Assembly: GCA_050011565.1 (NCBI GenBank)
Contig: JBEKIW010000002.1
Span: 288,001 to 352,000, forward strand
DNA: 64,000 nucleotides
Reading direction: 5' to 3'
Origin: Dehalococcoidia bacterium
Lineage (GTDB): Bacteria > Chloroflexota > Dehalococcoidia > GIF9 > UBA5629
The translations under genes and the position numbers were made by a program. Under the pieces are notes generated by a model, which saw nothing but the letters and a program-made list of their open reading frames with translations, was not told the DNA's origin and searched no databases. Below are positions 41,747 through 51,224 of this stretch, one piece after another. The first letter of the stretch is position 1; each line of letters starts with the position of its first letter.

Positions 41747-41924
41747 CCGGCAAATTCTCTATGGTTTCTTTGGCATACATATTAACCCAAAATGACCTGT
41801 ATTGCTAGACGGCGGGATGGCCGGTTATTTAAGTACGTGTCACTCGCCTTCGAGTTACCGTACGCAGGGTCATCTGTGGGTAGATGACACCTATGAAGTT
41901 TGGATTTAGAATTTCTATTCAGCT

Positions 41925-41949
41925 GGCGAGGCTAAAGCCTCACCACTAC
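41925..41949 (-). repeat. GTAG-type REP element
   Basis: Minus strand GTAGT-GGTGAGGC-TTTA-GCCTCGCC. Confidence 0.6.
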
Positions 41950-42022
41950 ATGTTCTGTCGACCTTGAGGACCTATTGTTGTAAAATGGTCAACGTGATAC
42001 TTAGAAACAAGGAGGCTATCGA

Positions 42023-42847
42023 ATGCCTACTGTAAAGGTTGGCGATATAAATATCTACTACGAAATACATGGTGATGGAGAACCATTGCTGTTAATCAGT
42101 GGCTATGGCCAGTACTCCGGGCACTGGGCGGCCTTAATTCCCGCACTTTCTCTGGCCCACCGGGTCATTATTTTTGACAACCGCGGTACGGGGAGGAGCG
42201 ACAAGCCGGACATGCCTTATTCGGCTAAGATGATGGCTGCCGATGCTAGGGGACTGCTCGACGCCATCGGCGTGGACCGGGCACACGTTTTCGGCATTTC
42301 CATGGGCGGCATGATTGCCCAGGAGTTTGCCATTAATTACCCGGAGAGGGTTATCAGCCTCATATTGGGCTGCACCGAATGCGGAGGTAAAAATGCGGTA
42401 CCTCAGACTAAAGAGGCTTTGAACTTCCTTTTCGGTCCGGAAATGGCAAAATTATCGGCAGCAGAGAGGGCCAGGCAGACACCGCCCTGGCTTTGGAATC
42501 AGGAATTCATAGATAAGCATCCAAAAGCAGTTGAGTTTTATATCGAAACCACTGCGAAGTTCCCCACACCGCCTCACGGCTACGCCAGCCAGTCACGTAC
42601 CATCAGGAGCCAGGATACCTATGACCGGCTGCCGCAAATCAAGGCTCCGACGCTGGTCATAGCCGGCGACGCCGACAGGATTATTCCGGCCGGTAACTCG
42701 AAGATTCTAGCCTCCAGGATACCGGGTGCCGAGCTGGTTATGCTGAAAAATTCAGGCCACGGCTTTTTCGGCGATGCCGCCCGCGAGTCTATCGGGGCAA
42801 TAGTCGATTTTCTGAAGCGACACCAGAAGGATAAGAAAAAAGTCTAG
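42023..42847 (+). CDS. Alpha/beta hydrolase, paralog 1
   Basis: FDNRGTGRS, GISMGG nucleophile elbow, GDAD, SGH. Confidence 0.92.
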   Translation: MPTVKVGDINIYYEIHGDGEPLLLISGYGQYSGHWAALIPALSLAHRVIIFDNRGTGRSDKPDMPYSAKMMAADARGLLDAIGVDRAHVFGISMGGMIAQEFAINYPERVISLILGCTECGGKNAVPQTKEALNFLFGPEMAKLSAAERARQTPPWLWNQEFIDKHPKAVEFYIETTAKFPTPPHGYASQSRTIRSQDTYDRLPQIKAPTLVIAGDADRIIPAGNSKILASRIPGAELVMLKNSGHGFFGDAARESIGAIVDFLKRHQKDKKKV

Positions 42848-42922
42848 AAGTTGAATGCTTTGTTTATCTGTACAGGCTATGTGCCTACTAATGTGGTAAT
42901 TTAAAAACAAGGAGGCGCTGAA

Positions 42923-43735
42923 ATGCCCACGGTAAAAGCTAACGATATAAATATCTACTACGAAATCCACGGCGACGGGGAACCACTGTTAATGATACAG
43001 GGCTACGGCCAGTACTCCGGACACTGGACAACTCTGATTCCTCCGTTTGCTAAGGAGTACCGCGTCATTATCTTTGACAATCGCGGTACCGGGCGGACTG
43101 ATAAGCCGGAGACGCCTTACACCATGAAGATGATGGCTGCCGATGCCAAAGGTCTTCTCGACGCCATCGGCATTGACAAGGCGAATACTTTCGGCGTTTC
43201 CATGGGCGGCATGATTGCTCAGGAGTTTGCGCTCAACTATCCCGATAAGGTAATCAACCTGGTACTGGGCTGCACCAATTGTGGCGGAAAACAATCCGTA
43301 ATACCCACCCCGGAAGCGCTGGCATTTCTTTTTAATCCGGAGATAGGGAAGTTGCCGGTGGCAGAGCGAGCCAGGCAAACGGCGCCCTGGTTGTGGACCA
43401 AGGAATTTATCGATAAGCATCCTGAGGCTGTTGATAGCTATGTGGACATAACTATGAAATATCCCACGCCGCCTCACGGCTTTTCAGGCCAGGCACAAGC
43501 CATAGCGGGCCACGACACCTATGAGCGGCTGCCCCAAATTAAGGCGCCAACTCTGGTTATAGCCGGCGATGCCGACAGGCTGATTAATCCCGATAACTCG
43601 AAGATTCTGGCTTCCCGAATACCCGGTGCGGAGCTGGTCATGGTGAAAAATGCCGGCCATGGCTTCACTGAATCGCCGGAAGCTACCACAGCAATACTCG
43701 ATTTTCTGAAGCGGCACTCCAACGGCAGAAAATAA
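42923..43735 (+). CDS. Alpha/beta hydrolase, paralog 2 (tandem duplicate)
   Basis: GVSMGG, GDAD, AGH; highly similar to 42023-42847. Confidence 0.92.
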   Translation: MPTVKANDINIYYEIHGDGEPLLMIQGYGQYSGHWTTLIPPFAKEYRVIIFDNRGTGRTDKPETPYTMKMMAADAKGLLDAIGIDKANTFGVSMGGMIAQEFALNYPDKVINLVLGCTNCGGKQSVIPTPEALAFLFNPEIGKLPVAERARQTAPWLWTKEFIDKHPEAVDSYVDITMKYPTPPHGFSGQAQAIAGHDTYERLPQIKAPTLVIAGDADRLINPDNSKILASRIPGAELVMVKNAGHGFTESPEATTAILDFLKRHSNGRK

Positions 43736-43742
43736 TCTTCCC

Positions 43743-44330
43743 TTATCTCCGGGGACGTGGGATGATTCGGCCTGTTCGGTTGATGTATAAACGGTATTCT
43801 TCTCCAAATTGCTCAAGCATCATCCGTTCCTCACGTGGAACCCGTAACAAGTATAGGGGTATAAAAAATGCCAGATAAGTTAAACCTGCAATCCAGTTTT
43901 GTATCAATAGCGCTTGAGCAATTCCCCACAGCCAGTATGCCGCATACATCGGGTGGCGAATGTATTTAAAAACACCGTTGGTTATGAGCGTTTGCTCCTT
44001 CTTAATTTCTGTAGTTATAGACCAGTTATGTCCTAAATCAGCATGTGACCTCCAGAGCAACCACAATCCCAAGGCAAAAATAGCTGTGCCAACCCACCCA
44101 GTCCAGGTTGGCAGGTCGTAATTGGCGAAATCCAGCCAGGACGTAAACATATAAAGCAGAGGCATAAGCATGGCTAATGGCGCTAAGTATATCAGTAAAC
44201 CCGTAATAAACCCTTCTGTACGAAAGATAGACTTTCTATCCTGCCAGTATTTCATCTCATACCATACACGGATAGCTGAGTACACGATTAAACCAATTAA
44301 ATAAAAAATCGGAAAAATATTGTCGAGCAA
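43743..44330 (-). CDS. Isoprenylcysteine carboxyl methyltransferase (ICMT/PEMT) family protein
   Basis: LGHNWS, IRHPMY, EERMMLEQFGEEY; start uncertain. Confidence 0.88.
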   Translation of the reverse strand: MLDNIFPIFYLIGLIVYSAIRVWYEMKYWQDRKSIFRTEGFITGLLIYLAPLAMLMPLLYMFTSWLDFANYDLPTWTGWVGTAIFALGLWLLWRSHADLGHNWSITTEIKKEQTLITNGVFKYIRHPMYAAYWLWGIAQALLIQNWIAGLTYLAFFIPLYLLRVPREERMMLEQFGEEYRLYINRTGRIIPRPRR

Positions 44331-44364
44331 AAGTAAACCTCCTGTTCTCTTATGACAGTCGGGG

Positions 44365-44937
44365 TTACGTGGAAAGTCGTGAGTTTTTTCTGTTTCTTCC
44401 TAACCTGGGAATGAACATCGGCACCTTTTCCTTGTATTCCAGGTAATCCCGGCCAAACTTTTTCTCCATTTCCTTCTCTTCTATAGCTTTTATATAGAGG
44501 ACATTAATCACGATGAAGAGAGGAGTGAAGATGAAAATGAGGGACAGCGAGCCGAACAGTAGTCCCAGCCCGAGCATAAAGATAAACATGCCCAGTAGCA
44601 TGGGGTTCCTGATATAGGCATATAGGCCGGTGGTGATGAGCTTCGGCGGCGGGTTGAAGGGGACTGGCGTGCCCCGGGTGCTGAAGAAGGCTATGACCGG
44701 CCAGAACATGATAAGCCAGCCGACAAACATAATGAACCAGGCTAGCCCCGCGCTCCACAAAGTCGAGCCGAAATGGAGGAAGGTAAGCCATTTGTCCAGC
44801 CATAAAGAGGCGAAGACGAATAGTACGATGATGCCGAAGAAGATAACCAACGCTATGGGCAATAAACGCATTCTACGCTTCATGCCTCCGGTGGCTACTC
44901 TGTAGACATAATCGGCATATCTATCCCAGACGCTCAT
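44365..44937 (-). CDS. ICMT/PEMT family membrane methyltransferase
   Basis: GTPVPFNPPPKL..GLYAYIRNPM, EEKEMEKKFG. Confidence 0.88.
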   Translation of the reverse strand: MSVWDRYADYVYRVATGGMKRRMRLLPIALVIFFGIIVLFVFASLWLDKWLTFLHFGSTLWSAGLAWFIMFVGWLIMFWPVIAFFSTRGTPVPFNPPPKLITTGLYAYIRNPMLLGMFIFMLGLGLLFGSLSLIFIFTPLFIVINVLYIKAIEEKEMEKKFGRDYLEYKEKVPMFIPRLGRNRKNSRLST

Positions 44938-44939
44938 TT

Positions 44940-45485
44940 TTACCTCCTGAACTTTGGAATGAACATCGGCACCTTCTTCTTATATTCCAGGTATTCTTTG
45001 CCGAACCTGAGCTCCAACTCCCGTTCTTCAACAGCTTTGAGATAGAGGAAGCCAAGCAGAGTGAGGAGAGGTATAAAGATGAGAATTAGCGAAAGCGAGC
45101 CAAACAAGAACCCCAGCCCTTCTCCGATTAGGATACCAGCTGTAGCCATTGGGTTCCTGACATGGGCGTATATCCCGGTGGTGATAAGCTTAGTCGGCGG
45201 TTTGAAGGGCATGGGTGTGCCACTGGCTCTGCGAAACGTTACTATTATCCAGGCATCGATGACAAAGCCAAGTAAAAGAAGGAGAGCGAATAGGCCGATT
45301 CCCCACCACGTGAAACGAAAAACGGGGAGAGCGAGCCACCTGTCTACCCAGAAGGAGGCAAGGATGAAGAGTGCAATAATGACGTAGAGGATGAGAGGCA
45401 TTAGCGCTTTGACGAAGGTTCTGCGTCTCTTGTCCCCAGTAGCGGCCGCATTGATAGACACTGCCCATCTATCCCAGATGCTCAT
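44940..45485 (-). CDS. ICMT/PEMT family membrane methyltransferase (paralog)
   Basis: Start MSIWDRW at 45485 parallels MSVWDRY of its neighbour; GTPMPFKPP, VRNPM, EERELELRFG. Confidence 0.86.
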   Translation of the reverse strand: MSIWDRWAVSINAAATGDKRRRTFVKALMPLILYVIIALFILASFWVDRWLALPVFRFTWWGIGLFALLLLLGFVIDAWIIVTFRRASGTPMPFKPPTKLITTGIYAHVRNPMATAGILIGEGLGFLFGSLSLILIFIPLLTLLGFLYLKAVEERELELRFGKEYLEYKKKVPMFIPKFRR

Positions 45486-45629
45486 TACTGCTATCCTTTC
45501 AGCGTTGTCTCGATGTGCAGTATAGATTTGTTTGAGACTTGTGTCCAGTTCGCCTGTCCCTATATAAATTTGTTTGACAGCCATGTAACGCGGGCGTATT
45601 ATCGGGAGGCTAATCATCAAGGAGGTAAT

Positions 45630-46181
45630 ATGGCACGCGTTAAATTAGTCGAGAAAGAACAAGCCGACCCAATAATTAAAGAGATGTTCCAGAAATTGGA
45701 TGACCGTAAAGTTCCCGTACTCAATTTATTCAAGGCTGTAGGCAATAGCCCCAAAGTAGGCCGCAATTTCGTCAGATTGGGCAATTCGATACTCAATCCG
45801 GATTTACTAGACCCGAAGCTAAGAGAACTGGCTATACTGAGGGTCGGCAATCTGCTGCGGTCGGAATACGAGTTCACCAAACATGTAGCCATCGGCACGG
45901 AAGCCGGTGTCACCAACGACCAGATTAACGAGCTTCCCAACTGGACATCTTCGAAGAGATTTACCGATATTGAACGGGCCGTGCTGCAGTATACCGAGGA
46001 GGTCACGCTTAATGTTAAGGTCAGCGACAGCACATTCGCTAATCTGAAGCGCTTTTTCGACGACCCGGCAATCGTCAAGCTTACGGCAACTATCGGCTAT
46101 TACGGAATGGTATCCAGGATACTGGTGGCTTTGCAGATAGAGCTGGAGCCCGGCGAAAAGGCTTTCATACCGAAATACTAA
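45630..46181 (+). CDS. Carboxymuconolactone decarboxylase/AhpD-like family protein
   Basis: AGGAGG RBS before ATG 45630; LDPKLRELAILRVG...EYEFTKH; no CxxC. Confidence 0.85.
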   Translation: MARVKLVEKEQADPIIKEMFQKLDDRKVPVLNLFKAVGNSPKVGRNFVRLGNSILNPDLLDPKLRELAILRVGNLLRSEYEFTKHVAIGTEAGVTNDQINELPNWTSSKRFTDIERAVLQYTEEVTLNVKVSDSTFANLKRFFDDPAIVKLTATIGYYGMVSRILVALQIELEPGEKAFIPKY

Positions 46182-46220
46182 GTCGCTTGGAGGCCGAAAA
46201 CATCCACGGAGGTTGATTCT

Positions 46221-46982
46221 ATGCTCAGATTAAAGGATAAGGTAGCAGTTGTATCAGGCGCCGGCTCCTCGAGGCCCGGCATGGGGAATGGCAAGGCAAC
46301 GGCTATTTTGTTTGCCCGGGAAGGAGCCAGGGTAATTGCCGTGGATAAAAATCTGGAAGTGGCTGAAGAAACCGTCAGTTTGATTACCGGTGATGGCGGC
46401 AAGGCAATGGCGATACAGGCCGACGTCACCAAAGAAGCGGAGGCTAAAAAAGTTGTCGACGCGGCAGTCGCTAATTACGGCAAGCTGGATATATTGTTCA
46501 ACAACGTCGGCATCGGCCTGGGTGGCGGCGGCCTTAAGGTGACCGAGGAAGAATGGGATACTATTATGGACACCAACCTCAAGAGCATATTATTCATGTG
46601 CAAATACGCCGTACCGGAGATGAAGAAAATCGGCGGTGGTGCCATCGTCAATAATGCATCCATGGCGGCATTTTACGGTCACCGCCTCTATGCTTATGCC
46701 ACTTCAAAAGCCGGCGTTACGGCATTGACCAGGTCTCTGGCCGTGGGACTGGCCAAGGACAATATCAGGGTGAACTGCGTGGCGCCCGGCTTCATAGCCA
46801 CTCCGATGGTCCAACCCATTATGAACGAGAAACGTGAGCAGGGTGTCCGAGAGCGGGTGCCAATGCGCAGGCACGGTAAAGCCGAGGAGATAGCTTACAC
46901 AGTGCTTTTTCTGGCGTCAGACGAAGCTTCGTATATAACCGGGCAAACTATATGCGTTGACGGCGGCCTGTCCGTGATGTAA
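46221..46982 (+). CDS. Short-chain dehydrogenase/reductase
   Basis: SGAGS...GNG, NNVG, YATSK, IRVNCVAPG. Confidence 0.93.
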   Translation: MLRLKDKVAVVSGAGSSRPGMGNGKATAILFAREGARVIAVDKNLEVAEETVSLITGDGGKAMAIQADVTKEAEAKKVVDAAVANYGKLDILFNNVGIGLGGGGLKVTEEEWDTIMDTNLKSILFMCKYAVPEMKKIGGGAIVNNASMAAFYGHRLYAYATSKAGVTALTRSLAVGLAKDNIRVNCVAPGFIATPMVQPIMNEKREQGVRERVPMRRHGKAEEIAYTVLFLASDEASYITGQTICVDGGLSVM

Positions 46983-47023
46983 ACGAAAGTAAAAAGTAAA
47001 AAGCCAAAAGCTAAAAATTCGGG

Positions 47024-47368
47024 TTATTTCTTTTTCCTGATTTTTTCCAGCGTTGCTTTGGCGTGCGGCACCATGGCGATGAACTTGGTCAGCTTTTTGC
47101 AGCCGTAGTCATCGCAGTAGGCGCAGTTAATAACCGCTTTGCCCTGTCCGCATTTTCTTATTTCGCAGACGTTACAGTAGCCGATAAGCCTTTTGCCCTC
47201 GGACTTGCAGCCGTCGCAGTTGATATCCTCCGGTTTAACGGACATCTTGTACTGCTTGGACCACATCTCAGCCACCTGCTTCCTTTTGGCATCATCGTTT
47301 TGCTGGGTGGCTATAAATGCCGGGCATTCGGTGCAGACTATGCCGCAGTAGGCAATCATCTTGTCCAT
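47024..47368 (-). CDS. Cys-rich DUF3795-type protein
   Basis: IAYCGIVCTECP, CDGC, CNVCEIRKC, NCAYC...C. Confidence 0.85.
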   Translation of the reverse strand: MDKMIAYCGIVCTECPAFIATQQNDDAKRKQVAEMWSKQYKMSVKPEDINCDGCKSEGKRLIGYCNVCEIRKCGQGKAVINCAYCDDYGCKKLTKFIAMVPHAKATLEKIRKKK

Positions 47369-47402
47369 GGTTTCCTCCTTTTTCGAAGATCGCTCTGAAC
47401 TA

Positions 47403-47434
47403 TAAAGGGGCGGATTTGAAGTTCCGCCCCTTTA
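47403..47434. terminator. Intrinsic terminator
   Basis: TAAAGGGGCGGA-loop-TCCGCCCCTTTA. Confidence 0.8.
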
Positions 47435-47447
47435 TTTTTAGTTGGCG

Positions 47448-48332
47448 TTATTTTCTGGAAGTCCTGGCTTTGGCGTGGCGCCACCGTGTGAAATAGAGTA
47501 CTACCAGCAGTATAATAATCCAAACCGGGCTGAATACCGCCACCCAGATAAGTATGATTGCCAGTACCTTGCCGAAGCTGACCAGGCCGCGGGCTGCCGA
47601 CTTCAATGTTTCGAGTACGCTCCAGGCAGTCCCGCCTATGGGCTTTACTTTCTGCAGGTTTACGTCGATGAGCGCCATATCCGAGGTGCGCTCAATATAC
47701 AGGATACGCCCCTTAACCTGCTCGATTTGGCCGCGTACGTTAGATAGCTCCCGCTGCACGGCCAATATATCTTCTACCTTCTCTGCCTTCTTGAGCAGCT
47801 CCAGGTATTGAGCTTCGGTCGCCTCGAGGTTGCGAAGCTGTGCCTGCAGGTCGGTGTACTGCTCGGTTACATCCTGGCTGTTGGTGCTCTCATTAGGAAC
47901 GTTGACTGCTAACTTGCGGAGTTCGTCGAAGGCTTGGTCGAAGCGGTCGGACGGCACTCGAATGGAACTTTGGCCGTAGGTTGCGTCTTTATCTCCCGAC
48001 TTATTTGAGGACACCACATAGCCGTTCAAGTCTGTGGCAATTGCAGCCACGCCGGTCAGAGCCGCTGTTATATCATTTACCTCCAGAGTCATGTTGCCGT
48101 TCTTCACGATTTTGCGGTCCATGTCCGTGGTGCTAACCTCGCCGGCGACGGAGTGGGATGCGGTATCGTAGGTGTTGCTCTTAAGCATTTCTTGCGGTGC
48201 TGGCGGTGCTGGTACGGCTCCGCCCTCGAATGGCGGCGCTGTTACTGAGGTTTGTTTGGTGGCGCAGCCTGCAGCCAGTATCAGCCCCAGGATAACGAAT
48301 ACGGGAATCAGAATTTTGAGCAGTTTATTCAA
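47448..48332 (-). CDS. DUF4349-type lipoprotein
   Basis: Lipobox LAAGC, RKIVKNG, IRVPS, DVTEQYTD, coiled coil, C-terminal TM. Confidence 0.85.
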   Translation of the reverse strand: MNKLLKILIPVFVILGLILAAGCATKQTSVTAPPFEGGAVPAPPAPQEMLKSNTYDTASHSVAGEVSTTDMDRKIVKNGNMTLEVNDITAALTGVAAIATDLNGYVVSSNKSGDKDATYGQSSIRVPSDRFDQAFDELRKLAVNVPNESTNSQDVTEQYTDLQAQLRNLEATEAQYLELLKKAEKVEDILAVQRELSNVRGQIEQVKGRILYIERTSDMALIDVNLQKVKPIGGTAWSVLETLKSAARGLVSFGKVLAIILIWVAVFSPVWIIILLVVLYFTRWRHAKARTSRK

Positions 48333-48503
48333 TCGTTTACCTCCTTTTATCCGTTTCTATATGTAATATACGGCTAATACCTAAAAGTATTACATAATAA
48401 GCATGTCCCAGAGACGAATCTGATATAATATTTGAATATTGAGCGAGCTTTGCAGTAATCATTCACTTTTATCCAAGAATAGTATATCAAAGAAGGAGCA
48501 TGA

Positions 48504-50204
48504 ATGGTTCAATCTATAGTCGAAAGTCTGGAGCCGTTATTCAATCCCAAATCGGTGGCTGTAGTAGGGGCCACGACTAACTGGAACAAGTGGGGATATT
48601 CAACATTCACCAGCGCTCTTAACGGATTCCGAGGGCCGGTGTACCCGGTGAATAATAAAGAAAGTGAAATCCTGGGCCATAAAGCCTTTGCCCGGGTGAC
48701 TGATATTCCGGACCCGGTTGACCTGGCTATTGTCGTCATCCCGTCGACCGGTGTGGCTGCAGTCATGGAGGACTGTGTGGCTAAGGGCGTGAAATCGGCC
48801 GTAATTATTTCGGCCGGCTTTGCTGAGATAGGGAAAGAGGGTAAAAAGCTGCAAGACGAAGTCTTGAATATTGCCAGGGAAGGCAACATTCGTTTCATAG
48901 GACCTAACTGCATGGGGTTCTGGAGCGCTTCGTCCGACTTGAGGGGATTCATGTTTCCCTTGCCGGTTAAGGATGGGCCGCTGGCTTTTGTATCGCAGGG
49001 CGGAAATGTCGGCGGTGCCGTGGTAACTTCCGGTTTTATGCGCGGAGTCGGCTTCCATCGCTATGTGAGCTGTGGCTGTGCTGCAGATATACAGATTGAG
49101 GACTATATCGAGTATTTCGGTCAGGACCCGGAGGTGAAGGTCATACTGGCATACATCGAAGGCCTGGTTGACGGTCGTCGCTTCATGGAGAAGGTAAAAA
49201 AGGTGACGCCGACAAAACCTGTAATTGTCCTGAAACCGGGTAAAACAGACGCTGCTGCCAAAGCCATAACGTCGCACTCCGGGGCGCTGGCAGGCTCTGA
49301 CGAGGCCTATGAGGCCGCGTTCAAAAGTATCGGTATCACCAGGGTGGAAAGCCCTGAGGAGCTGCTGGACGTGGCCATTGGATTTCTGACCCAACCGCTG
49401 CCCAAGGGCAGAAACGTGGCTATACTGACCCCAGGCGGCAGCTACGGCATTCTATGTGCCGAAGCTTGTGCCACAGAGGGCCTGGAAGTGGTCAAATTGC
49501 CTGATAGGGTTATTGCGGCGCTGGATAAGGTTTTTCCGCCGCGGTGGAGCCATGGCAATCCGGTTGACCCGGCCGGGGACAGGAACTTACTTACATATCT
49601 GACCGCTCCGGGCAAGCTGTTAAAGGTGGACGAGATTGACTCTTTGATTTTCATGGGATTCAGCGGTTTCTCAATTTTTGCCTCGCTGTTCATTTCCAGG
49701 GACTCCGGTGAGCCGGCTCCCTGGGTTTCCTCACGCGAGGCATTCCGTGAGATAGCCGCGGAATTTACCAGTGCGATCATTTCCAAAGATACGGTGAAAA
49801 TCGGCAAAACCGTATTTCCTATCGTTTCCGGTATGGCTTCGAGGATGGGAATTTATCACGAGGAAGACGTGGCTGAACTAACGGAGATAATTGCCGCTGC
49901 CATTGTCTCCGGCCGTCTCAGAGTTCCATTCCTGGTTAGCGCCTTCCTGCCGTCCGGTTCTGAGGCTCTGACCGAGATGGGAGTTAAAACCCCACCGACA
50001 GCTAATGAAGCTTCAGCTCATTTTTTGGTGGCGCTCGCCGAGCAGTGGGTGGCAAGTTACAAGAAGCCTGTGCTAACCACCACCTTTTTTACTGTAGACC
50101 AGCCGAGACTAGAGGGTACTCACTACGCTTACCCATCTGGCAGACATGCCGCCAGGGTCCTGATTAAGATGGTGGAATACAGAGAGTACCTGGACGCAAG
50201 TTAA
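48504..50204 (+). CDS. Acyl-CoA synthetase (ADP-forming) alpha-subunit-like CoA-binding protein
   Basis: FNPKSVAVVGA, SAGFAE, IGPNCMG, SHSGALAG (phospho-His), NPVD. Confidence 0.9.
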   Translation: MVQSIVESLEPLFNPKSVAVVGATTNWNKWGYSTFTSALNGFRGPVYPVNNKESEILGHKAFARVTDIPDPVDLAIVVIPSTGVAAVMEDCVAKGVKSAVIISAGFAEIGKEGKKLQDEVLNIAREGNIRFIGPNCMGFWSASSDLRGFMFPLPVKDGPLAFVSQGGNVGGAVVTSGFMRGVGFHRYVSCGCAADIQIEDYIEYFGQDPEVKVILAYIEGLVDGRRFMEKVKKVTPTKPVIVLKPGKTDAAAKAITSHSGALAGSDEAYEAAFKSIGITRVESPEELLDVAIGFLTQPLPKGRNVAILTPGGSYGILCAEACATEGLEVVKLPDRVIAALDKVFPPRWSHGNPVDPAGDRNLLTYLTAPGKLLKVDEIDSLIFMGFSGFSIFASLFISRDSGEPAPWVSSREAFREIAAEFTSAIISKDTVKIGKTVFPIVSGMASRMGIYHEEDVAELTEIIAAAIVSGRLRVPFLVSAFLPSGSEALTEMGVKTPPTANEASAHFLVALAEQWVASYKKPVLTTTFFTVDQPRLEGTHYAYPSGRHAARVLIKMVEYREYLDAS

Positions 50205-50298
50205 AAGTCGAAAACACCTTTGAGTCTTTTGATATTGCTCAGGGGCTCGAGCCCCTGGCCATGACAACTTGTCAGCCTAAGGTTGAAGGAGGTGGGCT

Positions 50299-51057
50299 AT
50301 GATTACAAAATATAAATATGTTTCTTCTGTGGCGCTTGTGTTTTTCGCTGTGCTCATGATTGGCGCCGTGGGATGTGCACCAGTTTCAGAAAGTGCGCCA
50401 ATTGCACTGCAGACAGAGCTAGATAAGGCTAACGCCGAATTGACTAAGCTTAGGGCTGAATTGGAGAAGGCGCGAACTGAGGTTGCGGATACAAAGACTG
50501 CTCCTCTCGAGGAACTACTGCGTCAGCGGCGGTCAACGAGGGAGTATGCGGATTCACCTCTAACCAAATACGAAGTAATGAAGCTGTTGTGGGCTGCGCA
50601 GGGGATAACTGATGGCCGCGGTTTTCGAACTGCACCTTCGGCTGGCGCGCTTTACCCTCTTGAGATATATCTAGTAGCTGGCAATGTGGACAACATGGCA
50701 CCTGGCATCTATAAATATAATCCGGTGGAGAACAACCTGACACTTGTCAAGGAGGGAGATGTCCGGGCTAGCCTAGCAGCGGCATCGCTTGGTCAGGGAA
50801 GTGTGGCGAATGGAGCTATAAACATTGTAATCACTGCCGTCTATGAGCGGACAGAAGTCAAATATGGCGCCAGAGGCGAAAGATATGTTCACATCGAGGT
50901 TGGCCATGTTGCCCAGAATATCTGCCTTGAGGCAACCGCTTTAGGGTTGGGGCTGGTGACAATCGGTGCCTTTGATGATGCTGCGGTATCCAAGGTTATC
51001 AGTATGTCTCAGGGTGAATCGCCTGTATATGTGATGCCGGTGGGCAGAATAAAATAG
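50299..51057 (+). CDS. SagB/ThcOx-type nitroreductase with lipoprotein signal
   Basis: Lipobox AVGC; RRSTREY, LLWAAQG, RTAPSAGALYPLE, GHVAQN. Confidence 0.88.
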   Translation: MITKYKYVSSVALVFFAVLMIGAVGCAPVSESAPIALQTELDKANAELTKLRAELEKARTEVADTKTAPLEELLRQRRSTREYADSPLTKYEVMKLLWAAQGITDGRGFRTAPSAGALYPLEIYLVAGNVDNMAPGIYKYNPVENNLTLVKEGDVRASLAAASLGQGSVANGAINIVITAVYERTEVKYGARGERYVHIEVGHVAQNICLEATALGLGLVTIGAFDDAAVSKVISMSQGESPVYVMPVGRIK

Positions 51058-51079
51058 GGCGACCTTTTGGGTCGCCCTC
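51056..51079. terminator. Intrinsic terminator hairpin
   Basis: AGGGCGACC-ttttg-GGTCGCCCT. Confidence 0.7.
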
Positions 51080-51224
51080 GATATATACGTGTTACTGTAG
51101 AGAGCTTCGCAACTTTCATCTCCGCCTCCTGGAGCTGATTGGTTTATCCCAGGCTGGGCTGTTAGCGATTATCCAGGATTGCTTGAATTGGAGATTTAGT
51201 TAATGCTTCGTTGGCTGGCTGTAC

